From: Macrostomum hystrix
Taxonomy: Eukaryota; Animalia; Platyhelminthes
Assembly (NCBI GenBank): GCA_950097015.1
Contig: CATNEN010000001.1
Span: forward strand, 3,410,001-3,474,000
Direction of reading: 5' to 3'
Length of the DNA: 64,000 bases
In this document: in pieces, positions 41,001-52,628 of the stretch
Numbering within the stretch: position 1 is the stretch's first letter
How the letters are laid out: every line of letters begins with the position of its first letter
Made by a program: the position numbers and the translations under genes
Notes under the pieces: model-generated
The model's input: the letters and a program-made list of their open reading frames with translations, nothing else
What the model was told of the DNA's origin: nothing
The model's database searches: none

Positions 41001-44000
41001 TCATCCCACTCTCATCCCACTCTCTCATCCCACTCTCTCATCCCACTCTCTCATCCCACTGTCACCCCACTCTCATCCCTCTCTCATCCCACTTTCATCC
41101 CACTTTCATCTCACTCTCATCCCACTCTCACCCCACTCTCTCATCCCACTCTCTCATCCCACTCTCTCATCCCACTGTCATCCCACTCTCACCCCACTCT
41201 CTTTTCCCACTCTTATCCCACTGTCACCCCACTCTCATCCCTCTCTCATCCCACTTTCATCCCACTTTCATCTCACTCTCATCCAACTCTCAACCACTCT
41301 CATCCCTCTCTCATCCCACTTTCATCCCACTCTCATCATCCCACTCTCCCATCCCAATCTCATCATCCCACTCTCCCATCCCACTCCATCATCCCACTCT
41401 CCCATCCCACTCTCATCAATCCTTCGTGCCATGAGTCATCCGGGAAGCAATGTGATTGTTGGGCTGGGCTGTGGGATTGAGCATAGACTCATACTCAGCT
41501 CTGTTGTGAGATTAGGGCATTAAGCACTGCCAATACAAATGCAAAGGATCAGGGGCAAGAATCAGAATTCATTTCTAAATTATCCAACTCAAGTTCTCTT
41601 TTCCCAACACAGCTCATCCAGACAATCTAATACCACTCTCCCATCCACTCTCATCCCACTCTCATCCCAGTCTCATCCCACTCTCATCCCACTCTCATCC
41701 CACTCTCATCCCACTCTCATCCCACTCTCATGACACTCTCATCCCACTCTCATGACACTCTCATCCCACTCTCATCCCACTCTCATCCCACTCTCATCCC
41801 ACTCTCATCCCACTCTCATCCCACTCTCATCCCACTCTCATCCCACTCTCATGACACTCTCATCCCACTCTCATCCCACTCTCATCCCACTCTCATCCCA
41901 CTCTCATCCCACTCTCATGACACTCTCATCCCACTCTCATCCCACTCTCTCATCCAACTCTCTCATACAAATCTCATCCCACTCTCATCCCATTCTCATC
42001 CCACTCTCATCCCTCTCTCATCCCACTCTCTCATCCCACTCTCATCCCACTCTCATCCCACTCTCATCCCACTCTCATCCCACACTCTCATCCCACTCTC
42101 ATCCCACTCTCATCCCACTCTCATCCCACTCTCATGACACTCTCATCCCACTCTCATCCCACTCTCATCCCACTCTCATCCCTCTCTCATCCCACTCTCA
42201 TCCCACTCTCATGACACTCTCATCCCTCTCTCATCCCACTCTCATCCCACTCTCATCCCACTCTCTCATCCAACTCTCTCATACAAATCTCATCCCACTC
42301 TCATCCCACTCTCATCCCACTCTCATCCCACACTCTCATCCCACTCTCATCCCACTCTCATCCCACTCTCATGACACTCTTATCCCACTCTCATCCCACT
42401 CTCATCCCACTCTCATCCCTCTCTCATCCCACCCTCATCCCTCTCTCATCCCACTCTCATCCCACTCTTATCCCACTCTATCATCCAACTCTCTCATACA
42501 AATCTCATCCCACTCTCATCCCATTCTCATCCCACTCTCATCCCTCTCTCATCCCACTCTCTCATCCCACTCTCTCATCCCACTCTCATCCCACTCTCAT
42601 CCCACTCTCATCCCACTCTCATCCCACTCTCATCCCACTGTCATCCCACTCTCACCCCACTCTCTTTTCCCACTCTTATCCCACTGTCACCCCACTCTCA
42701 TCCCTCTCTCATCCCACTTTCATCCCACTTTCATCTCAATCTCATCCAACTCTCAACCACTCTCATCCCTCTCTCATCCCACTTTCATCCCACTCTCATC
42801 ATCCCACTCTCCCATCCCAATCTCATCATCCCACTCTCCCATCCCACTCCATCATCCCACTCTCCCATCCCACTCTCATCAATCCTTCGTGCCATGAGTC
42901 ATCCGGGAAGCAATGTGATTGTTGGGCTGGGCTGTGGGATTGAGCATAGACTCATACTCAGCTCTGTTGTGAGATTAGGGCATTAAGCACTGCCAATACA
43001 AATGCAAAGGATCAGGGGCAATAATCAGAATTCATTTCTAAATTATCCAACTCAAGTTCTCTTTTCACAACACAGCTCATCCAGACAATCTAATACCACT
43101 CTCCCATCCACTCTCATCCCACTCTCATCCCAGTCTCATCCCACTCTCATCCCACTCTCATCCCACTCTCATCCCACTCTCATCCCACTCTCATGACACT
43201 CTCATCCCACTCTCATGACACTCTCATCCCACTCTCATCCCACTCTCATCCCACTCTCATCCCACTCTCATCCCACTCTCATGACACTCTCATCCCACTC
43301 TCATCCCACTCTCTCATCCAACTCTCTCATACAAATCTCATCCCACTCTCATCCCATTCTCATCCCACTCTCATCCCTCTCTCATCCCACTCTCTCATCC
43401 CACTCTCATCCCACTCTCATCCCACTCTCATCCCACTCTCATCCCACACTCTCATCCCACTCTCATCCCACTCTCATCCCACTCTCATCCCACTCTCATG
43501 ACACTCTCATCCCACTCTCATCCCACTCTCATCCCACTCTCATCCCTCTCTCATCCCACTCTCATCCCTCTCTCATCCCACTCTCATCCCACTCTCATCC
43601 CACTCTCTCATCCAACTCTCTCATACAAATCTCATCCCACTCTCATCCCACTCTCATCCCACTCTCATCCCACACTCTCATCCCACTCTCATCCCACTCT
43701 CATCCCACTCTCATGACACTCTTATCCCACTCTCATCCCACTCTCATCCCACTCTCATCCCTCTCTCATCCCACCCTCATCCCTCTCTCATCCCACTCTC
43801 ATCCCACTGTCATCCCACTCTCTCATCCAACTCTCTCATACAAATCTCATCCCACTCTCATCCCATTCTCATCCCACTCTCATCCCTCTCTCATCCCACT
43901 CTCTCATCCCACTCTCTCATCCCACTCTCATCCCACTCTCATCCCACTCTCATCCCACTCTCATCCCACTCTCATCCCTCTCTCATCCCACTCTCTCATC

Positions 44001-44452
44001 CCACTCTCATCCCACTCTCATCCCTCTCTCATCCCACTCTCATCCCACTCTCATCCCACTCTCATCCCACTCTCATCCCACTCTCTTTTCCCACTCTTAT
44101 CCCACTGTCATCCCACTGTCATCCCACTCTCTCATCCCACTTTCATCTCACTGTCATCCCTCCCTCATCCCACTTTTATCCGACTCTCATCATCCCACTC
44201 TCCCATCCCACTCCATCATCCCACTCTCCCATCCCACTCCATCATCCCACTCTCCCATCCCACTCTCATCCCACTCCATAATCCCACTCTCCCATCCCAC
44301 TCCATCATCCCACTCTCCCATCCCACTCCATCATCCCACTCTCCCATCCCACTCCATCAATCCTTCGTGCCATGAGTCATCCGGGAAGCAATGTGATTGT
44401 TGGGCTGGGCTTTGGGATTGAGCATAGACTCATACTCAGCTCTGTTGTGAGA
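38088..44452. repeat. Higher-order satellite: 11-bp (ctcatcccact) arrays punctuated by a ~220-bp complex spacer every ~1.5 kb
   Basis: Spacer (caatccttcgtgccatgagtc...gcaaaggatcaggggc...ctaatacc) at ~39765, ~41417 and ~42880, with partial copies at ~38876 and ~44358. Confidence 0.95.
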
Positions 44453-44482
44453 TGGTAGGAAGGTTGAGTGGCCATTTCAAAC

Positions 44483-46082
44483 GAATCCTAGTCATTTCGT
44501 CAACTGCCATTTCGTCAACTGGACACATCGTCAACCCGTTCCCCGTATTGGTCGTTTCGTCAACCAACCAATAGGATACTTTCAAAGCTTGGTTATTTCG
44601 TCAACTGTTCAATGGGACGATGTCAACTTTTGGTCACTTCGTCAACTGCCAATAATACACGCCCCACATGAAACTTTTTTCCCTTCCGTTGCATGTTTAT
44701 TCAATGCAGCCCTCCTCCTTTCTCATTCTGGGCTTGGGACCAGACAATGGCGGAGTTACTGCCACAAAGATGCAGTTTGTATGGTAAAAAAGGAAAAATG
44801 CATTGCACAAAATCACAAAGATCACAAAGGCCACCACAAAGGTCACAATCAAATATAAAGCTGAAGACATGCGCAGAATGTACAGTACACTTATCCACTT
44901 ACGTACGTACTAGTCCTGCTGCTGCTGCTGCTGCTGCTGCACCTGTTGCCGCTGTCTGTACGCAAACTGGGGAACGTGGCCGAGGCGCGAGCACCGGAGC
45001 AGGAATGCACGGATTGACAACTCACCAGTGCGGTACTGCGCCCAGTACCGCTCCACGCTCGTCTGCAGACGCTCGTACCGTGCTCTGTGCTGGCGCTCCT
45101 GAGCACCCTGGTGCACCAGCGCGGCATGCACTGGCACAAGCTTGGCCTCCATGTGCAGCAGGCGCAGAAGTGGGTAGAGCGTCAACTGCACTCTCTCGGC
45201 CCGCTGCTTGAGTCTCCGGTGCCAGCCCTCGACCTCGTTGTTGGTACGTATTGACTGGCCGTACACACTGACTTCGTGGACTCCGTGGACCGGGTTCGAC
45301 AGCCAGGTTGCGCTCACGTACTCGGCCAGGTCCAGCAGCAGTGGCGCGTGCACACCAGCAACGATCTGCGCCAGACCCTCGCCCATGTGCTCGGCCGGCA
45401 GGTAGGGGAGCGCCATGAGCATGCGAGCGAAGTCGCGGGTGCCAGGATCTGTTAGATAGGCCTGCTGCAGGCCCAGGTGCTGCAAGCGACGAAATATCGC
45501 CTGCGCGAAGTGAAACCGGCAGCCCTGGAACCTTGCAGCCGGAAACACGGACCGTAAAGCCTGCCATGCCGCAGCTTCAAAGTCCATGACACAGACCTCC
45601 GGCGTCAAGTTGCCCAGTCCCTGTTTCAGTGCAGAGAAGACGGCAGTGTAGTCATTTACCGACTTAACTGACATTAGTGCGAAGGCCAGAGGAACCTGCT
45701 TGATTGTCGTTCCCTGTCGGATGTAGCAGTGCACCGAGTACAGCTGCTTGAATGGGGCATGAACGACATCGAAGTATTTCGGATTGGTTTGGCTGGTGGG
45801 GTTGTTGAGACATGATCGTTGAGGATTAAGACAAGGTGCTAATTCGCATTGAGAGATTGAGAGAACATGTGTCAACGCGAGGGGCGCTGGTTTAAGTAAA
45901 AGAGACAGGGTGCACGTTGTCAGCTTAAGAGAACAGGTGTCAGCGCGAGGGGCCCTGGTTCAAGTTACAGAGACAGGGCACGTTGTCAGTTTAGGGGGGG
46001 GGTGGCGAAGATGGATTGAGAATCCATCCATCATCCATCAACCAAGTTGACGAACTGGCAGTTGACGAAATGACCAGCACCC
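44483..46082 (-). mobile_element. Internally deleted MULE/Mutator-like DNA transposon
   Basis: Imperfect TIRs (gaatcctagtcatttcgtcaactgcca / tggcagttgacgaaatgaccagcaccc), 8-bp TSD tttcaaac (44475-44482 and 46083-46090), subterminal ttcgtcaac repeats and a transposase remnant. Confidence 0.9.
44910..45775 (-). pseudogene. MULE transposase, C-terminal portion (N-terminus and first catalytic Asp deleted)
   Basis: FKQLYSVH..VPLAFALM..K....Y..VF..L...VMDFEAA..QA...VFP.....GCRFHFAQA...RTNNEVEGWHRRL. The expected DGTF motif is replaced by unrelated sequence upstream of FDVV. Confidence 0.88.
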
Positions 46083-46274
46083 TTTCAAACTATAGCCCGC
46101 AGTGAGTCATCGGACAGGGAATGCTGACCCTCCCAAATCTAAGGGGCAGTTATTCTTTACAATGCGTTGGCAGGCTTGCTGGCTTTCTGAGCCGTGGAGC
46201 TCTAAATCAGTAAAACTGGAGGGTGTAGGCTGACTGGCTTTCCCGAAAATACACTGGGCAGATAGGAAATTCGG

Positions 46275-46982
46275 ATGAATTGAGATTAGAGTAGAGACAG
46301 ATAAGAGCAGAGTTGAGAGCAGAGTGAGATAAGAGTGGATTTGAGAGTAGAGTGAAGTAGGAGTAGAGTGAGTTGGGGGTAGAGTGAGATGAGAGTAGGG
46401 TGAGATGAGAGTAGGGTGAGATGAGAGTAGACTGGGATGAGATGGGAGTAGAATGAAATAAGAGTTGCGTGAGATGGGAGTAGAGATGAGAGTTGGGTGA
46501 GATGAGAGTAGAGTGAAATGGCGGTAGAGTGAGATGTGAGTAGAGTGAGATGGGGGTAGAGTGAGATGGGAGTAGCGATGAGAGTAGAGTAAGATGGGAG
46601 TATAGTGAGAAGAGAGTAGAGATAAGAGTAGAGTGAGATGAGAGTAGAGTGAGATGAGAGTAGAGTGAGATGGGGGGCAGAGTGAGATTGGAGTAGAGTG
46701 AGAAGAGAATAGAGATGAGAGTAGAGTGAGATGAGAGTATTGTGAGATGTGATTAGAGTAAAATGAGAGTAGAGTGAGATGAGAGTAGAGTGAGATGAGA
46801 GTATAGTGAGATGCGATTAGAGTAAAATGAGAGTAGAGTGAGATGGGGGTAGAGTGAGATGGGAGTAGAGTGAGAAGAGAGTAGAGATTAGAGTAGGGTG
46901 AGGTGAGAGTAGAGTGAGATGGGGGTAGAGTGAGATAGGGGTAGAGTGAGATGGGAGTAGAGATGAGAATAGGGTGAGATCT
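46275..46982. repeat. ~16-bp purine-rich minisatellite (gagtagagtgagatga)
   Basis: Degenerate tandem copies. Confidence 0.9.
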
Positions 46983-47914
46983 ACTCCAAATCTACAGGCT
47001 TTGGCGTCTTGCGCATGTTGAGCCGAAAGGAATTTATTTTAAAGCCGAAGAAATTTTTTCACTTTAGGTCTGTGAGGCTTTTAAATTAGGATAAGTTGTT
47101 AGGATATGTTTAGTAACTTTAAGTTGAGTCCGGCCCACTAACATCTCAGATAGCTGTTAAAGCTTAGACATGAAAAGCAACTTATTTTATTGAGCAGGAT
47201 TTTATAGGATTGTATTGGTTGTAAGTTTCCATGAAAAGTTCTTGTCGACAGTGAAATTCTTGCCTTAGGCTCTCTGAATGTGGCATTGAAAATGAATTGC
47301 CCAGCTGTGGTGGGACAGCCACTCAGCCAGTCTACGAGTGTACACTGCCACTGGGGTACGGGGGGTTTTGGCGAAGAGTTTTTCTCTCCCAGGGTGAACT
47401 GCCCTGCGCACATTGGGCCAGCCAGTCAGTCCTCTGCAGTAATAAGCCCTCTCCTCTCTTCTCTCCCCCAAGCTATCGATTTTCCTCGGGTGGGGGCAGG
47501 CAGGCAAGTCCATATTAGTCCCTCTAATATGGCCAGCCCTCCAGCCCCGGCATCTGCTTGCCTCTGTTGCAGTTGCAGTTAGTGCGCTCTTCATTGCCAG
47601 GTAAAGAATTTTCTGATTCTTGCTACGTTGCTAGTGTTTTTAACCGTGCATTCTACTCAACTATCAAGCTGAGAATGCTTGCTCATTTCTAAGCCACTTT
47701 GTCTTCGAGCAGAGTGGGCTAAATTTGTGCGAAGTGAGTTCTGAGCAGAATTACTTGACATCAGTTTTAGCTATTCGATGCTATGATAAAGGCAGTTTTG
47801 AATCGGCTGTTGATCTCTTGCTAAACATTTGCTAAGGACTATTAGGAACTAGCAGTTAAGTACAAATATATTTTGTAGGTCGCCAATATAAGCTGCACTG
47901 TTTTACATCCAGTG

Positions 47915-48320
47915 TCAGTCTATGGCCGCGGGCTAGCCGGCCTCAGCTCATGCGTTTATCGTGCGCCTAGTCAGGGTGCCCTCATGGTGAGGTGAGCTGG
48001 GCTAGCCGATCGCAGCTCCAGTCTATGGCCGCGGGCTAGCCGGCCCCAGCTCATGCGTTTATTATGCGCCTAGCCAGGGTGCCCTCATGGTGAGGTGAGC
48101 TGGGCTAGCCGATCGCAGCTCATGGGCCCAGCCCATGGGCCCAGGGTGCGCTCCTGGTGTGGGCCTCGGCAGTCTATGGCCGCGGGCTAGCCGGCCCCAG
48201 CTCATGCGTTTATTATGCGCCTAGCCAGGGTGCCCTCATGGTGAGGTGAGCTGGGCTAGCCGATCGCAGCTCATGAGCCCAGCCCATGGGCCCAGGGTGC
48301 GCTCCTGGTGTGGGCCTCGG
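47915..48320. repeat. GC-rich tandem triplication (units of ~103 and ~150 bp)
   Basis: cagtctatggccgcgggctagccgg recurs at ~47916, ~48019 and ~48169. Confidence 0.88.
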
Positions 48321-48371
48321 ATATGGGATAGGAAGGTGACGGGGGGGAGGAGGAGGGGGAGAGGTTGCCCA

Positions 48372-48625
48372 TGAGGGCGGATAGCTCAGTCAGTAAGGTG
48401 TCGGACTCTGGATCAGATGGTCCTGGGTTCGACTCCCGACCTAGTCTAGAACTATTCGTGCAGCCCTTGGCAAGCTGCTTTGCCCTGATGTGCACACAGT
48501 CTACTCAGCTGCAGATGAGTACCGACATTTCGTCGGGTAATAATAATTCTGGCTGGCGTGGAATAAAGCAGTTCTGTGCGGCAATTCTGTGGGGTTCGGA
48601 TGCTGCCGATATGTTTGGAAAAATA
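48372..48625 (+). mobile_element. tRNA-derived SINE, family C
   Basis: Head gggcggatagctcagtcagtaaggtgtcggactctggatcagatggtcctgggttcgactccc (A box and perfect B box), then cccttggcaag and ctactcagctgcagatgagtacc core-like motifs. Confidence 0.75.
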
Positions 48626-48651
48626 AATTCTTTAAGAGTTTTCTTAATTTA

Positions 48652-49612
48652 AGAGTTTTTCAAAACATATAGGCTATCCTACTGTATGTGATTCCTTTGG
48701 TGCTTCGAATGTACTGTATAGTGCTGATATTGATGTAAATCAGCGTAAAACCGCTTTTTTTCTTACTCAGCCGGATTAAGAAATGAGTAGGCTTATATGA
48801 TGTTCTTGTTGTTCTGCAAAACATATAATCATTAATTTAAATAAAAAATGAGTCGAACCAACGACCCGCAGTTATCAGGCTGACGTGCTACCAGTTTCAC
48901 CACTTGACATTGCCCATATACAACGAAGAATTACTATTTATTAGTATATTCTTTCGTTCGAATACTTTTTCAGAGTTTTTCAAAACATATAGGCTATTCT
49001 ATTGTATGTGATTCCTTTGGTGCTTCGAGTGTACTGTATAGTGCTGATATTGATGTAAATCAGCGTAAAACCGCTTTTTTTCTTACTCAGCCGGATTAAG
49101 AAATGAGTAGGCTTATATGATGTTCTTGTTGTTCTGCAAAACATATAATCATTAATTTAAATAAAAAATGAGTCGAACCAACGACCCGCAGTTGTCAGGC
49201 TGACGTGCTACCAGTTAAACCACTTGACATTGCCAGTTTACAACGAAGAATTACTATTTATAAGTATATTCTTTCGTTCGAATACTTTTTCAGAGTTTTT
49301 CAAAACATATAGGCTATCCTACTGTATGTGATTCCTTTGGTGCTTCGAGTGTACTGTATAGTGCTGATATTTATGTAAATCAGCGTAAAACCGCTTTTTT
49401 TCTTACTCAGCCAGATTAAGAAATGAGTAGGCTTATATGATGTTCTTGTTGTTCTGCAAAACATATAATCATTAATTTAAATAAAAAATGAGTCGAACCA
49501 ACGACCCGCAGTTATCAGGCTGACGTGCTACCAGTTTCACCACATGACATTGGCCAAATACAACGAAGAATTACTATTTATTAGTATATATTCTTTCGTT
49601 CGAATACTTTTT
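48652..49612. repeat. Three tandem 320-bp units, each containing a minus-strand tRNA-like segment and an AT-rich hairpin
   Basis: caaaacatataggct recurs at 48661, 48981 and 49301. Confidence 0.95.
48843..48915 (-). ncRNA. tRNA-like Pol III unit (copies also at ~49163-49235 and ~49483-49555); lacks the 3' acceptor strand
   Basis: The minus strand reads gtggtgaaactggtagcacgtcagcctgataactgcgggtcgttggttcgactcatttttt: A box, anticodon-like loop, B box GGTTCGACTC, then T6. Confidence 0.5.
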
Positions 49613-51588
49613 TGGCTGCAGGCTGCAGCTTGTGCTTTCTTATTTTAAGCAATGGCCATCGTAGCGATCAAATTCGCAACGCAATATTAGCAACGCAAGC
49701 AAATATATCGCGAGCTAGCGAATCGCTCCATTATCTAACGACGGGTCCAGCAGGTCCCCAAATTTTATCTGCAAAGCTTCAAAAACCAAAAGGGTGAACG
49801 TCAATATTACAAATTTATTACAAACTCAGCAAAAGTCAAAATTATTAGCACCCGTAACGAAAGTCATCGATTTATCGTTGCACCAAACATTCTACTTATT
49901 TTTGTCATTGCATGTAATCCATAAAGTTTTAAATAAAGACCAGCAAGGCAAAAATCATTATTTTTAAAGCATAAAAGTAACTTAAAAGAAAGGTTGAAGC
50001 GAAAATAGTTCGCTAAAAGATTTTTTTAAACACATACTGCATAAAAACGGCAAAACAGCGTTTAAATTTTGTAGGGTACGAAGTGCAATGCCTCACACCA
50101 GTATCTAAATGTTTTACTTTGTTTAGAGTTACATAAAGTTTCCGGAACATTTAACCTTTTCGACAGAAATCAACATGATAAATAATCGACCAATTTATAA
50201 ATCTAATTGATGCAAAGTCATTGCATTCTGTTGCAAAAGCAGTATAATCGCACGAGTTCAACCTACTGAAACATCGATTTAGTTAATTCATCTACAAATA
50301 TTATATATTTTTAATAAAAGTGTCTGAGCTTTCGTGTTCTGCTACAAAGTAGGGAAACCGTAAGACTTTCTGGTATATTAGGTCTTAATTTAATAATTCT
50401 CGAAAAACCAAGGTATTCCAAATAATTAGCTACGAAACACATTATTTTCCTTTCTTGAAGATCGGCTCGATATTACCCGCAACTTACGTATGTAAACCGT
50501 AACGTACTCGTAGCGTTTGAGTTTAAAAAAATAAAATCGTAATAAAGGTATAGGCTACTTAATACTGCTTTGAAAAAACAAATAATTATGTTCTTAGACA
50601 TATACATAAAGAAGGCTCTGCAGATTTTTTTGGCGCGGTTTAAATAATTTCAGATGCATGTTCGTCGGAGTTGTCCGCCATGTTGTTTTTAGCTTTTTCA
50701 AATTTTAATTTTGAACTGAATTTTAATTAATTTAGTAATTTAATTTTCTCTTTGAATTCAACTGAAAGTGAAAGACAGGTAAATCGGGACAAAAAAGTAC
50801 AAGATTGTACCAATTGCAATCATTCCACATTACTGTTACTTTTTCTAGATTATTGCCACTTTGGTAGCTAATTTCGTTCTTCGTAAATCGTAATTAAGGT
50901 TAAAAAGGAAAATATTTGTATTGTTTACTTCACTCTTCACTTAGTTTTGGACAAATCAGAGTCATTTGCACAAGGTAATTAAAAACTCGATAAATGTCTA
51001 AACAATGTCAGTTGGAAAATAACATATGTCGCTATATGGCAAAATTACATGGTTAATATGATGTAATATAATACTCTAGATAGCTAGTATTGAATAGGAA
51101 ATATTATCTGACTATCTTTGGCAGGTTAGAAACTAGTTAACTCGGCAGTAAACCAGTACTATAGCTAGTGCCTATAAGCATTTACTCATATTTAGTTAAC
51201 ATTGAAGATGGGTTAATCCAAAATTTTGTTAGAGGTTGTGCCAGTGTGTATTAAATTAGAAACAGTTGTCCGACTATAATATTCACTTTTATTTATTAAG
51301 TTCTGCTGCTAGTTTCTTTGCATTTCTTGCTTAACAGTGTACCAAGCTCTGCAACTTTTTATGAAGCAACAGTCACTAATTTCATTTGGTCTTTAGACCT
51401 AGCCTCCTAGCCTACTTCCAGAGTCAAAAAGGTGGCTCTGTGTGCCAGAAAGAAATTATAAACAATGTAATAAGTGACATGCACCACCAATATAAGTAAC
51501 TTTAACATTGAGTCAAGTAGGCTTTGGTAAATAGTAAATAAAGTAAATAGTTAATAGGGCAAGATCTCAAAAAAACTAATGCATACTC

Positions 51589-52022
51589 GGCAATGTTTTA
51601 CTTCCGTTCGTTATATTATTTTTTCGTTTGAATTGACATGGCTTTGCCGTGACTTGACACTTGGATCTATGTCTATGGCAAAATCTGGCAAATATGGGGG
51701 AACAGGAAGCTTAGGCACAGAAATTCTGCAGCTGAAGATTTTGTGAAGGCCAAGCTGCGTCAAATGCATGGCACGAATGCTGCTCTATTCGAAAGCCACC
51801 TCAAAGAATTCTTATGGCGCTGTCTATACCCCAAGAATAGCTTCGGTGCCCTCCTCTACTGGATTAGGCACTTACCCGGTTTGAAAGAAGAAAGACTGAC
51901 CAAGACTTTTCAGAACTGTCTGATCAAACTACAGACTTATTGTTACCGTTAAACTTGTTTTTGTCGTTATCTGTCATTTGCAAATGAAAAAATAATATAA
52001 CGAACGGAAGTAGAACATTGCC
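51589..52022 (+). mobile_element. Non-autonomous Merlin (IS1016/ISXO2-like) DNA transposon
   Basis: TIRs ggcaatgtttacttccgttcgttatattatttt / aaaataatataacgaacggaagtagaacattgcc. Perfect 8-bp TSD gcatactc (51581-51588 and 52023-52030). The internal remnant KLRQMHGTNAALFESHLKEFLWR matches the Merlin transposase C-terminus. Confidence 0.88.
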
Positions 52023-52628
52023 GCATACTCTTTGCACATAAAGGCTTCTTTCCAGTGGACCTTGAACTTAAGATCAATATTTATATCGTAAATAGTGAAA
52101 TTGAAATCTTGAAATCAATCACTTGAGAAGGTATTCGACTGAGATTAGTGGCAATCCATTGGAGGATTAGAGAAGTCCATGCTGGTATCAGTATCAGACA
52201 GGCTGATCATCTAGGCAGAATAGCTGCAGCTGGACACTGCAGCATGACAGTCTGGCCCTGGCAAAGCTGAGCAAACTGCCACCCCAAGTCTGCCAATCTT
52301 TGTCACATTCCATGGAGTCCATGGGTGGCAGTAATGTGTTAATTTGTGAGAGTGAGAAAAAGGGATTTGTGTGCAAATTTTTAAGTAAATGTTCAATTCT
52401 TTATATTCAAGCAAGTGTATAGAAATGACGCCCAAGTGCAGGTCAGCAATCTCCACAGACTGTAGTTACATGGCCACAATACTTGTGGGAATATATGTTG
52501 AATATAAGTGCTATGATTTCATTATAGAATATATAAAACTTTATAGTATTAAATAGAAAACAGTTGTCTGTCTACAATATTAAATACTGTAAACCAATGA
52601 TTATAAATTACTTTCTCATTTCCAGACA

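Noticed and set aside
38057-44375. Ser/His/Pro/Leu-rich ORFs up to 604 aa
   Set aside because: Translations of the ctcatcccact satellite.
48372-48445. Possible tRNA-Gln(CTG) gene
   Set aside because: The acceptor stem does not close and the sequence continues into SINE core motifs, so it was called as a SINE head.
50673-50684. YY1-like CCGCCATGTT motif as the KDZ promoter
   Set aside because: A single short motif ~2 kb upstream of the ATG cannot be supported without TSS data.
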